Made by a program: the position numbers and the translations under genes. A DNA stretch of 64,000 nucleotides. Origin: Squalus acanthias. Taxonomy: Eukaryota. Location: positions 162,690,001 to 162,754,000 of the forward strand of contig CM059425.1 of assembly GCA_030390025.1 (NCBI GenBank), read 5' to 3'. Below, piece after piece: positions 1 to 13,124 of the stretch (positions are counted from its first letter, which is position 1; the number at the start of each line of letters is the position of its first letter). The notes beneath the pieces are model-generated. The model was given only the letters and a program-made list of their open reading frames with translations, was not told the origin of the DNA and did not search any database.

Positions 1-369
1 GTGGTCCAACTGTTGCATAGACTAGGAATCAAACTTAGGACCTTCTGTTCAATATAGCTTAGTAGCAGGCTAGGTAGTAGTTTTGTTATTTAAGCCACTG
101 GGGAGCTTATTATTGTAAATTAATGCACTTTACATTTACTGGGCAAAGTCTGGGTTAAGTTAATTGAAAATAATGCATATCTGGGACTGATCACAAAGCA
201 GGAATCTCAAGAGATTTCAATAATGTCAAAAACCATGAGGGAATGCAAAAAGCTTTTAATTGTCTCTCTAATTTTCTCCCCTTCACTCCTTAAGGTGCAG
301 ACTCATGCTGGGATACAGGTTCATATGTCCTCTAACATCTCATCCAAGTAGCTATTCTCCATACAATGT

Positions 370-470
370 GATGATGTGGAGATGCCGGTGTTGGACTGGG
401 GTGGACAAATGTGAGAAGTCGCACAACACCAGGTTATAGTCCAACAGTTTTATTTGAAATCACAAGCTTC
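370..470 (-). mobile_element. Probable Penelope-like element terminal (pLTR) fragment
   Basis: cacaacaccaggttatagtccaacagttttatttgaaatcacaagctt resembles shark Penelope termini from memory; not verified by search. Confidence 0.4.
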
Positions 471-906
471 CAATGTGGACTGTGATTGGTAGTCGACTAT
501 TTGACTGTTGGGTCTGCAACATCGCTTTTGAGCCCAATCAATCTTCATTCTACGCCCACATATATGTACTTTCCAATGGGAATAGTGATCAGGAGCTGGA
601 ATCCTGGCTGATGTTCTTCTCCCGACTAATCCAGTGGCATCAAGGCCACAGTTAAGATCAGCACAGACCAGCAATTAATTCAGATTCCACACCAGTTGAT
701 GCATTTACTAAATGACCCATCAGAGGAAAAGCTAAGTAAAAGTACTGTGTAACCCAACCACCTTGATAGTAGTCCCACATATGTTTGAGTTTCCTTGTAC
801 ACATTGTGCACTTCAGGGGTTAGTTTTATTCTATTTTGTGTCCTTGTTCTTTGTAGTGGTAGGATTATGGTAGGCATTGACAGAACACTTGTGCCAGGAT
901 TTTATC

Positions 907-943
<37 letters not shown>
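907..943. repeat. (TA)n microsatellite
   Basis: Direct inspection. Confidence 0.95.
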
Positions 944-1084
944 AAAAAATACAGTTTAACTACAAAGACCACTAAATTGTTGGGCAGTGAACAGAATATT
1001 AACAAAGGCTTTTAAATCTTTAATATGCATTTTGAATGAATAAGTACTTATTTTAAAACATTTTTATCTTAATTATTCAATTAC

Positions 1085-1249
1085 CTTACTCTTGTATTTC
1101 TGACAGCCCATTCTGAATTTTACATATGGATCACTGAGTCCATTTGGATCCATGGGCTTTAAGTCTCGGCCCTCAATTAGAGTGACACTGACAACCCCTC
1201 TCCAGAGCTGGTCCCTTTTGTGTGCCTCCAGAAGGCGGGCATTCTGTAC
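1085..1249 (-). CDS. MCTP1: MCTP1-like coding exon (start of C2B): VQNARLLEAHKRDQLWRGVVSVTLIEGRDLKPMDPNGLSDPYVKFRMGCQKYKSK
   Basis: ORF 1073..1261; polypyrimidine tract plus catcag|GTA acceptor, AAG|gtaatt donor; 165 nt; LWRG.VS.TLIEGRDLK.MD.NGLSDPYVKFR motif. Confidence 0.93.
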
Positions 1250-1933
1250 CTGATGGGACACGTAGAAGAAAGGAAGTTACTAAAAGAAATTCATATAAGC
1301 TCTGATTATTGACAGTACATTATTGTTTGCCAACTCATTAATGGATATCAGTAAGAGCATGCTTAAAATATACACACAACACCAGGGTTGGCTATAGCAT
1401 TTTTTTGTCATTTATAACTCATTCTGACCTTTAGAAGTAATTGTCTACTGTAACATCCCATCTATATAATAGATATTAAATAGATCGGCAAACAGTATTC
1501 TTAAATTAATGCAGTACCCCATCTCTTAATTGCAATGTACTGATATTAAGCACTCAACTCAACTACAAAGAGACTGGTCTTGCATCAAAATTCCTTTGTA
1601 TATAAACTTCCTTTTTGGTAGTTGAGGTATTATTTCTTAGTCATAAAAATGATGCAAGGTACTGAAACATAAGCATCTTAATTCTCAGCAGAGTCTGTCA
1701 CTGTGTTTTGTGGTGTTCTTTAATTTATAAAGATAGCCTTCTGCTGTCCTGTCTGTGAGACCAGTGAGCATTTTGGTTGGTGTGATTAGATCATGAGACT
1801 AAATGATGGTAAAATGTACAACTACCCAATTTATGCAAATAAACAATTTGCTGATGTTTATTCTAACTACAGAGAAAACAATGTGAATTAGGATCATTTC
1901 TTTAGACACCTATGCAATGGAATGGACTACATT

Positions 1934-2900
1934 GGCCTAGAAATTCATTAGCCCCTGAAAACGAGCGCAGGGAATCATGATGCACGATCAACCCGTGCCC
2001 TGTTTAGAGGAATACAGGCAGCACGTGAACTTCATGCTGCCTGCTCATCTGCATGATTGCGGCGTTCAGCCCGGCACTGAACGTGCTGCTGAGTGGCTGA
2101 ACGTTCAGCAGGGGGCCCAATTTTGTGCGAGGCTAGCTTCAATTAAAGCTAGCCTACACTACTTAAAGGAAGTCTGCATCTCTTAAAGGGGAGGAGGTGC
2201 TTTCTGCCTGCAGCAGCTCATTGAACTGACTGAGGAAGATAGTGAACAACAATTAATGATGGCACAACAGGGGAGAGAGCATCCACCAAGGTTTTCGGAT
2301 GCAGCACTGGAAGCCTTGGTGCAGGACATGGATAGGAGGGGACAGGTCCTGTTTCCACAGAGGGCCAGGAGGCCCTGCAGGCAACAGTGTAAAGTGCAAT
2401 GGGAGCAGATAGCTGCTGTGGTGAATGCCGGCAGTGTAGCCCCAAGGACGTGGACACAGGAAGGAGCTTAATGACCTCACACGAGTGGTCAAGGCTCAGT
2501 GAATGCATCTTCAAATGCCATATCCCACTATCTGCACCACTAGCTTCACACACAGCTTAATGCACCACACCCCCATCACTCACCTACCAACAATCTCTAC
2601 CAAACATGACACATACCTCACATTCATAGCTTCACCTCACCCTCACACTTACCACTGCTGCAAGCCTTACACCCACATCTCACAGCTTGCACACGCTGCC
2701 AGCTATTCAACCATGACAGGCCTATCACCCAAACACATTGCACCACACTCACTGACATACTTCCCTTTCTCTTACAGGAAAAGGTGGCTTACAACTGGTG
2801 CCAGCAGCCCCTAAGCAGCAGGGGGACAGGTGCGCCTTCATAACCTCACCCCCATGGAGGAGAGGGTGCTGGCCAATCTTGGGAGGGGCATCGCCGAAAC
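1934..2900 (+). mobile_element. Truncated PIF/Harbinger element: TIR plus Myb-like gene exon 1, intron 1 and part of exon 2
   Basis: TIR ggcctagaaattca; ORF MAQQGREHPPRFSDAALEALVQDMDRRGQVLFPQ..W; homologous to the reverse complement of 17700-18578. Confidence 0.85.
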
Positions 2901-3532
2901 CATAAATACTGTGGCAACAACAGCAGGTCAGAGGCTAGGTATTCTGTGACGAGTGTCTCACCTCCTGACTCCCCAAAGCCTTTCCACCATCAACAAGGCA
3001 CAAGTAAGGAGTGTGATGGAATACTCCTCACTTTCCTGGATGAGTGCAGCTCCAACAACACTCAAGAAGCTCGACACGATCCAGGACAAAGCAGCCCACT
3101 TGGTTGGCACCCCATCCACCAACTTAAACATTCACTCCCTCCACCACTGGCGTACTGTGGCTGCAGTGTGCACTATCTACAAGATGCACTGCAGCAACTT
3201 GCCAAGGCTTCTTCGGCAGCACCTCCCAAACCCGCGACCTCTTCCACCAAGAAGGACAAGGGCAGCAGACGCATGGGAACACCACCACCTCCAAGTTCCC
3301 CTCCAAGTCACACACCATCCTTGGACTTAGAAATATATCGCCGATCCTTCATCGTCACTGGGTCAAAATCCTGGAACTCCCTACCTAACAGCACTGTGGG
3401 AGTACCATCACAACACGGATTGCAGCGGTTCAGGAAGGCAGCTCACCACCACCTTCTCAAGGGCAATTAGGGATGGGCAATAAATGTTGGCCTTGCCAGC
3501 TATGCCCCCATCCCAGGAATGAATAAAAAAAA
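2901..3532 (+). mobile_element. LINE 3' fragment (CR1-group, Zenon-like family) with poly(A) tail
   Basis: RT C-terminal frame KAQVRSVMEYS; near-identical to 61100-61731. Confidence 0.9.
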
Positions 3533-4359
3533 GTTAGCATGTAGGTACAGCAAGCAATTAGGAAGGCAAATGACATGTTGGGCTTTAGTGCAAGGGGGTT
3601 GGAGTATAAGAATAAGGAAGTCTTGCTACAATTGTACAGGGCTTTGGTGAGACCATACCTGGAGTACCGTGCACAGTTTTGGTCTCCTTATCTAAGGAAG
3701 GATATACTTGCCTCAGAGGTGGTGTAACGAAGGTTCACTAGATTGAATCCTTGGATGAGAGGGTTGTCCTATGAGGAGAGATTGAATAGATTGTGCCTAT
3801 ACTCTCTGGAGATTAGAAGAATGAGAGGACATCTCATTGAAACATAAGATTCTGAGGGGAATTGACAGAGTAGCTGCTGAGAGGTTGTTTCCCTTGGCTG
3901 GAGAGTCTAGAACTAGGGGGCAACGTTCCCTCTAAACATGGCCGCGCAGCTCTCTGCCGGTCCCGCGCAGCCTGGGACCAGCTATTCCATTGTTAAGTTT
4001 TGCGCAAGCGCTAAACTATGAATGGGCTGCGCAGCCCCTTAAGGGTGCCGCGCACCCAAAAGAAAATTATGGGGAACATTGCTACAGAGCATAATCTCAG
4101 GATAAGGGGTCAGGCCATTTAAGACTGAGATGAGGAGGAATTTCTTTGGAATTCTCTACCCCAAAGGCAGTGGATGCTGAGTCGTTGAGTATATTCAAGG
4201 CTGAGATAGACAGATTTTTGGACTCTCGGGAAATCAAGGAATATGGGGATCGGTCGGGAAAGTGGAGTTGAGGTCGAAGATCAGCCATGATCTTATTGAA
4301 TGGCAGAGCAGGCTTGAGGGGCTGTATGGCCTACTCCTGCTCTTATTTCTTATGTTCTT
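3533..4359 (+). mobile_element. CR1 LINE 3' fragment interrupted by a MITE
   Basis: LYRALVRPYLEY..QFWSPYLRKD-type frame; tail tttcttatgttctta. Confidence 0.85.
3921..4081. mobile_element. hAT-like MITE inserted in CR1
   Basis: TIRs caacgttccctctaa / ttatggggaacattg; degenerate 8-bp TSD ctaggggg/ctacagag; CR1 resumes on both sides. Confidence 0.7.
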
Positions 4360-5139
4360 AAGTTGAATGTAATCTCCGTGGGTTCACATTTCTGATCTGA
4401 TTTAGTGGATGAACCAGAGTAGTATTAACTATCAGCCATTTCAACTCGGTTGTTAGTTGAAGCATTTCATGGGTGGGCACTCCAAGTTTGCGTGGTTTGG
4501 GGGGGCACAGTAAGGGGAGGGTCAAAGAAAGGCAGAGACCAGCAGTGATGCAAATCATTCCCCATAACCTACACTTTCTGTTTTGCAGTGATATTAATAG
4601 AGATAATAGAAGAACCTATGGTCCAGAGCTATAGTGATCATCCCCGTCTCCAGAACATCATGAAAGTGCTCGGGCACAGTGCCCTGGAATTTCCTGCTTC
4701 ATAATTCAATACATTAGTATTCAATGTGATTTTTTTCAAACTATCCCTCTTATAATCTCGAGTGAAATTGCCAGATTCTAATAAATTGTGGAACATTTTG
4801 TGCTATGGATTCATGTCCGCCAAGAATGAAATTTGCACGGCAAAATTGTAGCAGGAGACCTGAATCAAGTTTATGTATCACTTAATATGAATTTCTTGCT
4901 TCATAATTCAAGCCATCTCCAAAGTCAATTTTCTTACTTAAAACTGTTGTAAGAGCATATAAATTTTATACAGTTTGCAATTTATTATTTCAACTGCAAA
5001 TCTGAATTTGAAATTTCTGATGGCATAAGAATTGATTTTTTACAACACAGATTTGGATAGGCCCTTCAGCTCACCATTTGATCTCATCCTTCTAACACAC
5101 CAGCCCTACTGTCTTTCCATTATAATTTTTAACATCCAC

Positions 5140-5320
5140 CTTGAAAAGCCAGACAGGACCTCAGTTTAACATCGTGTTGGAAGATCACGTCTCTAACTGT
5201 GCAGCACTCTCAGTGCTGTACTGGAGAGCCAACTTAGATTAGGTACTCTAATCCTCGTGTTAAGCTTGAAACCACAACTTTCTATTTCAGAGGCAATTGT
5301 AGCAACTTAGCAAAGCTGAC
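5140..5320 (-). mobile_element. Degenerate Deu-domain SINE fragment
   Basis: Similar to the reverse complement of 38610-38770. Confidence 0.55.
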
Positions 5321-6133
5321 ACCCTGCAACTTAGTTGAGACTCTGGTCAATTTGAATTCTCCTTAACTGGTGGAAAGCCGACTTACCCACTCCTTTCCTG
5401 CCCCAATCTGGTCAACTGCAATTTTAAATTACATCTGGCAAGTACACCAGCCCCAAGCCGGAGGGGGACCTCTTTAAATATGCAGATTGGGCTCCAATTA
5501 TGTAATCGAAGCCCAATTTGCAATTTTAACCCGAGTCCTGTGCAGGCAGAAGTAGTGGCTTCACTGCCAGGCAAAATCTGCCGAGAACAGCAGCCAAGGC
5601 CAGAAGTGGCCCAGCAAGGTGAGTTTTAAGAATTTTTTAAAGCAGGTTTCCTTGTAGGTCATGAGGAGCAGGAATGCTCCGCTGGGGCCCACAAGGAAAC
5701 CTTGGGCCTCCCCTGCCTCGAGCTCCCCCTTCCCTGACTGAGGTTCCCCTCCTGGAGCACATACTTTGTACCGGGGGCAGATCCACTGGGTCCCTAGTGG
5801 CAGTCCCCTGCCACCTGACTTTAACGCTCAGGCAGCTGCTTCCCACTGACTTCCTGGCCCTTTTGGTCAGGAAGTCGGCAAGCGGTATGCGAATGAGACC
5901 AGGCTGTTAAGATCATCAGAGTTCCCTTGGCTCTTGGACGAGCCAGCTGCTCGCTTGGTCACGTTCCTACTCGGGAATTCAAACTGACCCCGGAGAGCCC
6001 ACTGATATGTATTATAGGTTTTGCCAGTATCAAATGGGGCAGAATAAAGGAGGTGCCACTGGAATGGAAAATTGACAGTTCATCCAACTCATGAAAAACG
6101 TAGGATGACAGCAAACCAAGATTTGAACTGCTG

Positions 6134-6304
6134 GGGGGTGAAATTGATCTATGGTGAGAGTGCAAAACGGGCGATAATGAATCGGCAGCCTGTTTTACAG
6201 TCCACCCAATTTTAATGGAAAAGAACAATCGGGCGGAGTGTAAAACGGGCTGCTGGTTCGCTATCGTCCATTTTGCGCTACCGCCCAGGACCAATTTCAT
6301 CCCT
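6134..6304. mobile_element. Harbinger-type MITE
   Basis: TIRs gggggtgaaattg / caatttcatccct; related to 33093-33350. Confidence 0.75.
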
Positions 6305-7398
6305 CTTGTGCCTCCACCCTTCCAGCATGCGGTACTATAAATTAAACTTCGCCATCTTACAAAACAGATTGAATAATTTGGATACTTTTGAACAGACTTC
6401 ACTTGCAATCACTGAATACATCAAATTTGTTTGTTACAAATATTGCATCAACAATTTTAATTGAGACCAGTCATAGAGTCAGGACCACAGAGTAGACACA
6501 TTCACAGAGGAGCACCACCAACAGTTTCCAAATCCAAATGGACCAAAACTGGGACAAATTGGACCAATTTAGATTTTAAGCAACACTTTTGCTCATTGAC
6601 AGGTGTTTTAACATGTAACAGCAGTCACTCTCAATAGATGAAAAGCTCACCAGAAAAAGACAGGTGGTCATTAGTTGGCTGAGAAAGACAGCATATTCTG
6701 AATCTTGTTCAACATCCTCAGCTCTCACAGACTTATGCGGTACATAATTGAATTGGAAAGTATGGACTATGTACAATGAAGAACCATGCTGTTCTCCAAG
6801 AGTGGGACTCATGCACCATCTAATTTGTAGAAGGCTTGTTGAGCAAAATAATGGATAGCACTCAGACTCCTGCAAGTCAACAGCAGATTGTGTATTTTCC
6901 TTAACACAGTGACAATAATTCCCTCTACTACCCTTTTAAATTAAAATTTATAACCACCTAATATCTGCTTGCAATTAAAAAAAATGAAACCACTATTGAC
7001 AAGGCAGGCCTGTACTATTTTAACAATCAGAATATTATCTGTTGTCTAGTTTCTTTCTAAGATTAAGGATTAGGTTGTGTGGACAAAAGTAATGTTGGCA
7101 ATATCTGGTGGAACCATTGACTGAATTTCATCATGTTTCCACAGTACTGACCGAGGGGTTTTCACTATTACCTCAGTGACAAAATGAATTTTTAAAATGT
7201 TTCCTTATGCAGAAATATACACTATCAATCCAAACTATATACATAAAAGCAACTTGATTGTGGTTGCTCACTTCGTGAGAAGGAAAAAAAAAACTGTGGT
7301 AAACGCATCTCAACTTTAAAGCAGAAAGATGCAAGTTACAAAGCAGATTTGATTTCTTCCCATGTTGAGTTTCAAACAATTATCAGACTATCCATTAC

Positions 7399-7437
7399 CT
7401 TGCAGGATGCTGTCCAATTCCTTCTCAAAATCATATT
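7399..7437 (-). CDS. MCTP1: MCTP1-like 39-nt linker exon: NMILRRNWTASCK
   Basis: tctccacag|AAT ... AAG|gtaatg; phase 0/0; aligns with MCTP1 TMLMRKSWKRSSK as recalled. Confidence 0.8.
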
Positions 7438-7893
7438 CTGTGGAGAGGACAGAATATTTAAACACCACTGAGCTGCAATGTTAATCATAATATATAATTA
7501 ATGATATGGGAAGTAGTGCTGCCACGGAGAAAATGGGGGCAAGGTGGGGGTTTAGTATAATATGTTGTGCCTTGTACAGATAGAAGGTTTAGTAACCAAG
7601 TAAAATTGAATTAAGGGCACAACAGCTAAGCCAGCGGCCTAACCTGAGCTCAACAACCGAAACGTCCATTTTTCAAGGAATTTACAGGATAAATTTACTC
7701 TTATTTGATTTTTTAAAAGTTTTATTATAACCAAGAATGTTGTATTCCTAATAATCAGTTTTCAATGGAAAAACTGCCTACTGAACTTGCTGAATAACAG
7801 AACCGAGATCGGAGAAAGAAATGCTAATTATCCAAAATTTTAAGAAGCCTGGAAAATTAAAAGTTAATACTAATATATTTAAAATGCCATCGA

Positions 7894-8340
7894 AGGGTTA
7901 ATTTACACCTCATGTTTAGTGTTCGTGCATGTGATTTGTGCTTTGCACGGATACAAATCTGCTGTTTAAATCTAAAGTCTGGGCCTCACCTGACTCTGGA
8001 GTGAAGCAGAGTGAGACGCCTTCAAGTTGGTATTCTCACACCACTTCAGTTTGACACTGCATCTAATGCACTGTCAAATGGTTTACAAAGTGCTCAGGGG
8101 TCCATTGGAGCTCTTGAGCACTTTTTTTAATTTACTTGAACTCAATTCAAATGTTTACAGAGCAAGGTTTCCCCCAACTCTTTAAACATTTAAATTTCTA
8201 ACTCTTGGGAGAGAACGCTGCACATCCATGTGCAGAATTCTCTCCTGATGCTTAGAATTCCAGCAGGCAGGATCCAAGCAATATTACATGGGTCTGCCTG
8301 GCTGGAACCCAAGTGCATCATCACCTACTAAAACTCAACC
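7894..8340. mobile_element. Degenerate MITE-like element composed of tandem hairpins
   Basis: Six consecutive inverted repeats at 8002-8307; ends gggttaatttac / taaaactcaacc resemble decayed Harbinger TIRs. Confidence 0.55.
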
Positions 8341-9862
8341 ATCAAAAGAGGATTTATGTTCTTTTAAAACTCACTGCCTCAAGCTCAGTGGTCCTCTGAG
8401 TGTCATAATTGTAAGGAATTTTTAAATATAATTTTTTATATATTGAGTATAAAATAGATTGTGAGAGATGTATTGCAAAAGAATATGTGCTCCTCTGTTG
8501 AGTTTTATCTAACATTTGCCAGAGTACAGTCAGGAGTCCACATACAAACAGGGGAGTAGATTTCCCCATACAAACATATCCTGACTGTCTTCACGTAATT
8601 TGACTTTTCTTTTTAAACATGATTAAGATTCCACTACTTTCCTAGTGACTCAGTGGATAAATGAACTGCATGATGTGGCAGTAATTATAGACCAGGAATG
8701 TCCATGGACAGTTCTGAGTTAGTTAATATCAACCAAGACAGGAGTGTGGATGTTAGAACTGGAGTCTATTCTGGGGTAGATTTGAACTTTCGGGTGGCTT
8801 ACCGGTGCAGTGTGTCAGTTGCCCACCCACAGTGGCAGAGCTGATTTTGGGCAACTGAGGGAGTTGCATTCGAGATTTAGCTGAACTTGGCAAGAAGGGG
8901 ACCCAGCTGGGAACTGGGGTATGCCAACATACCGAGTTCAAAAGCCGAGCTTGGAGCTGCACAGATTTTCAGGCCAAACCTGGAGGCTGAACATGGGTGA
9001 CAGAGGTTCCTGGGAGAGAAATGGAGGAGGCCCTCCAAAGTCGTGTTGGGCGACCTCAAAATGATTGGGAGGATCGTGATTTTCCCTGACCTCTCACTGG
9101 CTCCATCACTGCCCGCCCATGCCAGAAGCGAAGAGGCGGGAGCCATTTCAAGGCTTGAGCTCATTTAAATAGATCCAATGAGCTGTCTGCCACAAATTAC
9201 GTCCCAATGCAGCTTGCTGGATTAAGCCTGGTGGCCACCAGGTCAGCTGCAAGGAGTAACTCCTGGGCGAGGGGTGTAATCACAGAGGGGGAGAAATCCT
9301 GGGGCGGCAGCAGCCCATATTATTTTTGCGGGGCCGGGGAACCACTCCTACTCCTCCTCGTGAACTCTCCGCCCACCGGTACCTCAAAATTGCATTGGGT
9401 TCTACACCAGCATAGGACCCTTATTTGCAAATTATAAATAGGCTCTCGCCTGAAATAGATGGTTGGCTGGGCTGTCCATATGAAGGCCCCAAAGGAAATG
9501 GATCGAGAGTGGGAAGGGGGTGATAAGTTCAGCCCTGTAATTTTGAGAGTGCTATAGCCCTGTTCCTGTCTGAAAATCATGACCAGAATCAACCCTCATG
9601 ATACACTAGCTTCTGCGTGATCTATAGAAGTCTACTGGCTGAATGCCCTTTTCTCATTCTATGCTTTCTTATATTCTTAATAAGGGAAGCTAAAGATACC
9701 ACACGCGTCTGTGTGTAATAACGTATTTAAACAAGTGAACCAGACTGCATAATGCACAAGTGACAAAGTTACGAGTGTGCTATGTCCAGCCAGGCCCAGT
9801 ACATGTTTAAATGTGCTAATATAAAGGGACCCACATGGTGCTTTGTTTGCACAATGGGCAAG

Positions 9863-10290
9863 TTAGAATCATATAGAATCACAGAATAGTACAGCACCGA
9901 AGGAGGCCATTCGGCCCATCGAGTCTACTCTGCACTGGCTCTTTCAAAGAACAATTCAGTTAGTTCCACTCCCCTGCTCTTTCCCCATATCCCTGCAATT
10001 TTATCGCCTTCAAGTATGTATCCAATTCCCTTTTGAAGGCTACTATTGAATCTGTATCCACCACCCTATCAGGCAGTGCATTCCAAATCCTAACCACTTG
10101 TTGCGTAAAAAAGCTTTTCCTCATATCGCCTCTGTTTTTTTTGCCAATCACCTTTAACCTGTGCCCTCTGGTTATCGACCCTTCAGCTATTGGAAACAGT
10201 TTCTCTTTATTTACTCTGACTAAACCCATCATGATTTTAAACACCTCTCTCAAATCTCCTCTTAGCCTTCTCTGCTCCAAGGAGAACAAA
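9863..10290 (-). mobile_element. CR1 LINE 3' end
   Basis: ORF FSLEQRRLRGDLREVFKIM..TRGH..FFTQQVVRIWNALP, typical CR1 ORF2 C-terminus. Confidence 0.9.
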
Positions 10291-10378
10291 CTAAGTTAAT
10301 CTACATACTTTTTGAATATTTGTTTAAAGATGCAACAATTAAAGAAATGGAGACTATCTTATGCAAGTTGTTGTTAAT

Positions 10379-11122
10379 GGCCCAAAAATTAGTCCCGCGA
10401 CACGAGAGTATGCACTGCGTACTCTCGCGTATTCTGTCTCCAATTGCCGGTTTTCTGCATGCACTGCGCATGCGCTGAAAACCGGCACTTGGTTTTTGGA
10501 AAAGGGGGCGGGTCCTCGGTGCACCGCGTGCGCGCTACAGGCTGCGCGCACGCTGTGCACTTAGTGCTTTGGATGCGCAGGTAAGTACGGAAGATTTTAG
10601 AAATGAAAAAAGGAGGAGTAAGACCCACTTTTAACAAGGTAAGTAGTGAATTAAGTATTATTTTGAATTTTTTTTAACAGGTATATCTTTTTTAGAGACT
10701 TTAAAGACAGGTAAGTTTATTTTTATAACTTTTTAAAAGATTTTAAATTTTTTCAAAAATTTAATTTTTTATTTAAAATGGTTAATTTATTTAACTATAC
10801 TTATTTTATTAATGTGATGGTTTTTTTTTAAAATTTAATTGAGGTTTAGCTGTTATTTTGGGGGGGTGTAAGATTCATAGCTTTCACAGCACTTATGTGA
10901 AACTTATGAATGGAAGATGGTGTGCTGCCATTGGCTCTAACTGAGTCACGTGATCCCACAGCTCGCACGAATTCACTACGCCGGTGGGATACGCAAGCAC
11001 TGCCCAGCTGATGTCTAGAACATCAAGTTCGTGCGAGCTGGAACTGAAAAAGCCAACGCGGAGTGAGAGATCGCGGGGAAGCCTTACCCCCGCGTCAACA
11101 CTCAGTCTTTAATTTCTGGGCC
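10379..11122. mobile_element. Harbinger-type MITE with hairpin arrays and AT-rich core
   Basis: TIRs ggcccaaaaatta / taatttctgggcc; 3-bp TSD AAT. Confidence 0.85.
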
Positions 11123-11216
11123 AATGTTCATCATTATGAGTGCAGGAGTCCACTCTTAGATGCACAATAAACATTTTGTTTGAAAATGAACAGATTCTTT
11201 GTAAACAAAGAAACAT

Positions 11217-11361
11217 GGGGTAAATTTTCATTTCACGGCATAGCAGTAATCTGGCGGATTGCCTGTCTGCTATAGAACCCATCTGGTTTTCATTCCACTG
11301 ATTTCGGACTAATCAGTTCCACCAGATTGCAGCCCATGTGGTGAAGACAAAAATTTACCCC
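11217..11361. mobile_element. Short MITE
   Basis: TIRs ggggtaaatttt / aaaatttacccc. Confidence 0.7.
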
Positions 11362-11649
11362 TTGGTTTTTGTTTAACAAAGCAGATTTTTTTTCTGTCTC
11401 CGGAGCTTGCTGGAAGGGTTGTAGAGTTTCATCACTTGGCTCGTCTATTATGCAAGCTTTTTGTTTTCTTTTCTTGTGATAGTTTGGCATTATATATGTA
11501 TGTTTTGCTATAAGAGTAGAGTTGTGGATAAAGTGTGGATTTTAAAACGGCTTTTTTTTTTGGAAGTATTTTTGTTTTCCACATCTTATAAGAGATTTAG
11601 AAAATCTTCATCAGCTATTTCTTATGTACTTCAAATTAAATTTTGGGAG

Positions 11650-11880
11650 TCAAACTAGGACACACAGGCTCAAACTAATAAAAGGTAATGTTAGGAATGA
11701 TATCAGGAGATTCTTCTTCACACAAGAGTGGAATAAACTTCCGGATAGTGGAGGCAGAAACCCTAAAATCATTTAAGAAAGAATTGGATGCTACAAAGGG
11801 GGATGTTAGAATCTCTCTGAATGGATGAATTAAGATGGGCCAAATGACCTTCCTCATCTGTAATAATATTGTGATCTTTG
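11650..11880 (+). mobile_element. CR1 3' fragment
   Basis: TRTHRLKL..RFFFTQ..W-like degenerate frame followed by a 3' UTR. Confidence 0.6.
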
Positions 11881-11954
11881 TACCCATTTCAAACAATGTA
11901 TTGTTCACACTGGTGTTTCTCTTGAAGCTGACAGTCCAAGTTCTGTTTAGTTGA

Positions 11955-12190
11955 GGAACATACGAAATTGATGAGCAGGAAAATACCAGCTGGTCCATCA
12001 AATCTGCCCCACACCATGATGGCCGGAGCATCATGACCCTCCCCCCGCATCCTCCTCCAACTTCCCCCCACTCCCACCCCTGCAACCATGTCATCTCCTG
12101 GGAGAGGCAAAAAATGAGTGAAAAAATCCAGGGCCGATAAGAAAAAAAGTACTCTGGAAAATTCCTCTCCGACCCCATCAGGCGGTTTGA
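11955..12190 (-). mobile_element. CR1-type 3' UTR fragment
   Basis: Minus strand ends gatggaccagctggtattttcctgctc..aatttcgtatgttc, a CR1-like stem-loop plus tail. Confidence 0.5.
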
Positions 12191-13001
12191 TATTGTGTGG
12201 TTGCTTTCAAATTCCCTCACTCCTCTGACACAGGATTACTCCTTGTTCCATTCTCCCTCATCAGTGGCTGCTCTTTCAACCATTATGCTCTGACCTTTAA
12301 AAATTGATCCCTAGATCTCTCCACCTTGCCACTCCATTCTTGCTTTCCAAAACCTCCTTGACGTCCATCTTCTAAATCGTTCACACTCCCCAACCTTCAT
12401 TATTTTCATCCCTGCTCGACATCTTTTCCTTTCCTGAGAAGTGTGATAGAACTGCAAGGTCTTTTGTAATTTCAGATCATATTTGTGAATTTTCAATTTC
12501 AACTTTTATGCTTATTTGTGATATTTGTGATTATGGCTAGTGAGTTGGAATATGACTCGTGAAGAAATCAATTTTTGAAGTATTTTTTAAACAAAAGGAA
12601 TTTTATTTCGATTTGAGTGTCTTAGGATTGGTGTGTTCCTTTATTACATGCTATTTATTGTGACAAACTTTGAATGAAGGACAACAACGCAATGTGATAG
12701 TTACTCACATAATGACATTCAAAAATATTCCTGTGAAAAACACCGATGTTATCACATTGCTCCTAGGGTCATACCCATTGAATAAAATGAACTCCTTCAA
12801 AATGTTCTCAGCACTACTGAATCTAATCCGAAACCTTTTACTAACAAACACTACGAACATTCAACTATACATAATGCACACCAATACTGGTTAGGTTTGA
12901 TAGTGATGCAGTTCAGTGTGTCAATAATTGCACACATATAGGCTCATGAACACTGATCACATGCATGAGCATCCAGTTTTAAAGTCATGATATAATATAT
13001 A

Positions 13002-13124
13002 GGAGGTAAATTTCCTTGTGGCTTCTACCGTTCCGCTGCCGTAACTTTGGCGGAAACCCCATAAATGGGATTTGCGCTGAAGTTGTGGCAGAGCAGCTGG
13101 AGAAGCCCCGAGGAAACTCACCCC
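13002..13124. mobile_element. Short Harbinger-type MITE
   Basis: TIRs ggaggtaaatttcc / ggaaactcacccc; TSD ATA. Confidence 0.7.

Noticed and set aside
10579..10720. Repeated aggtaagt splice-donor motifs
   Set aside because: On the + strand inside a MITE, antisense to MCTP; no associated exon evident.
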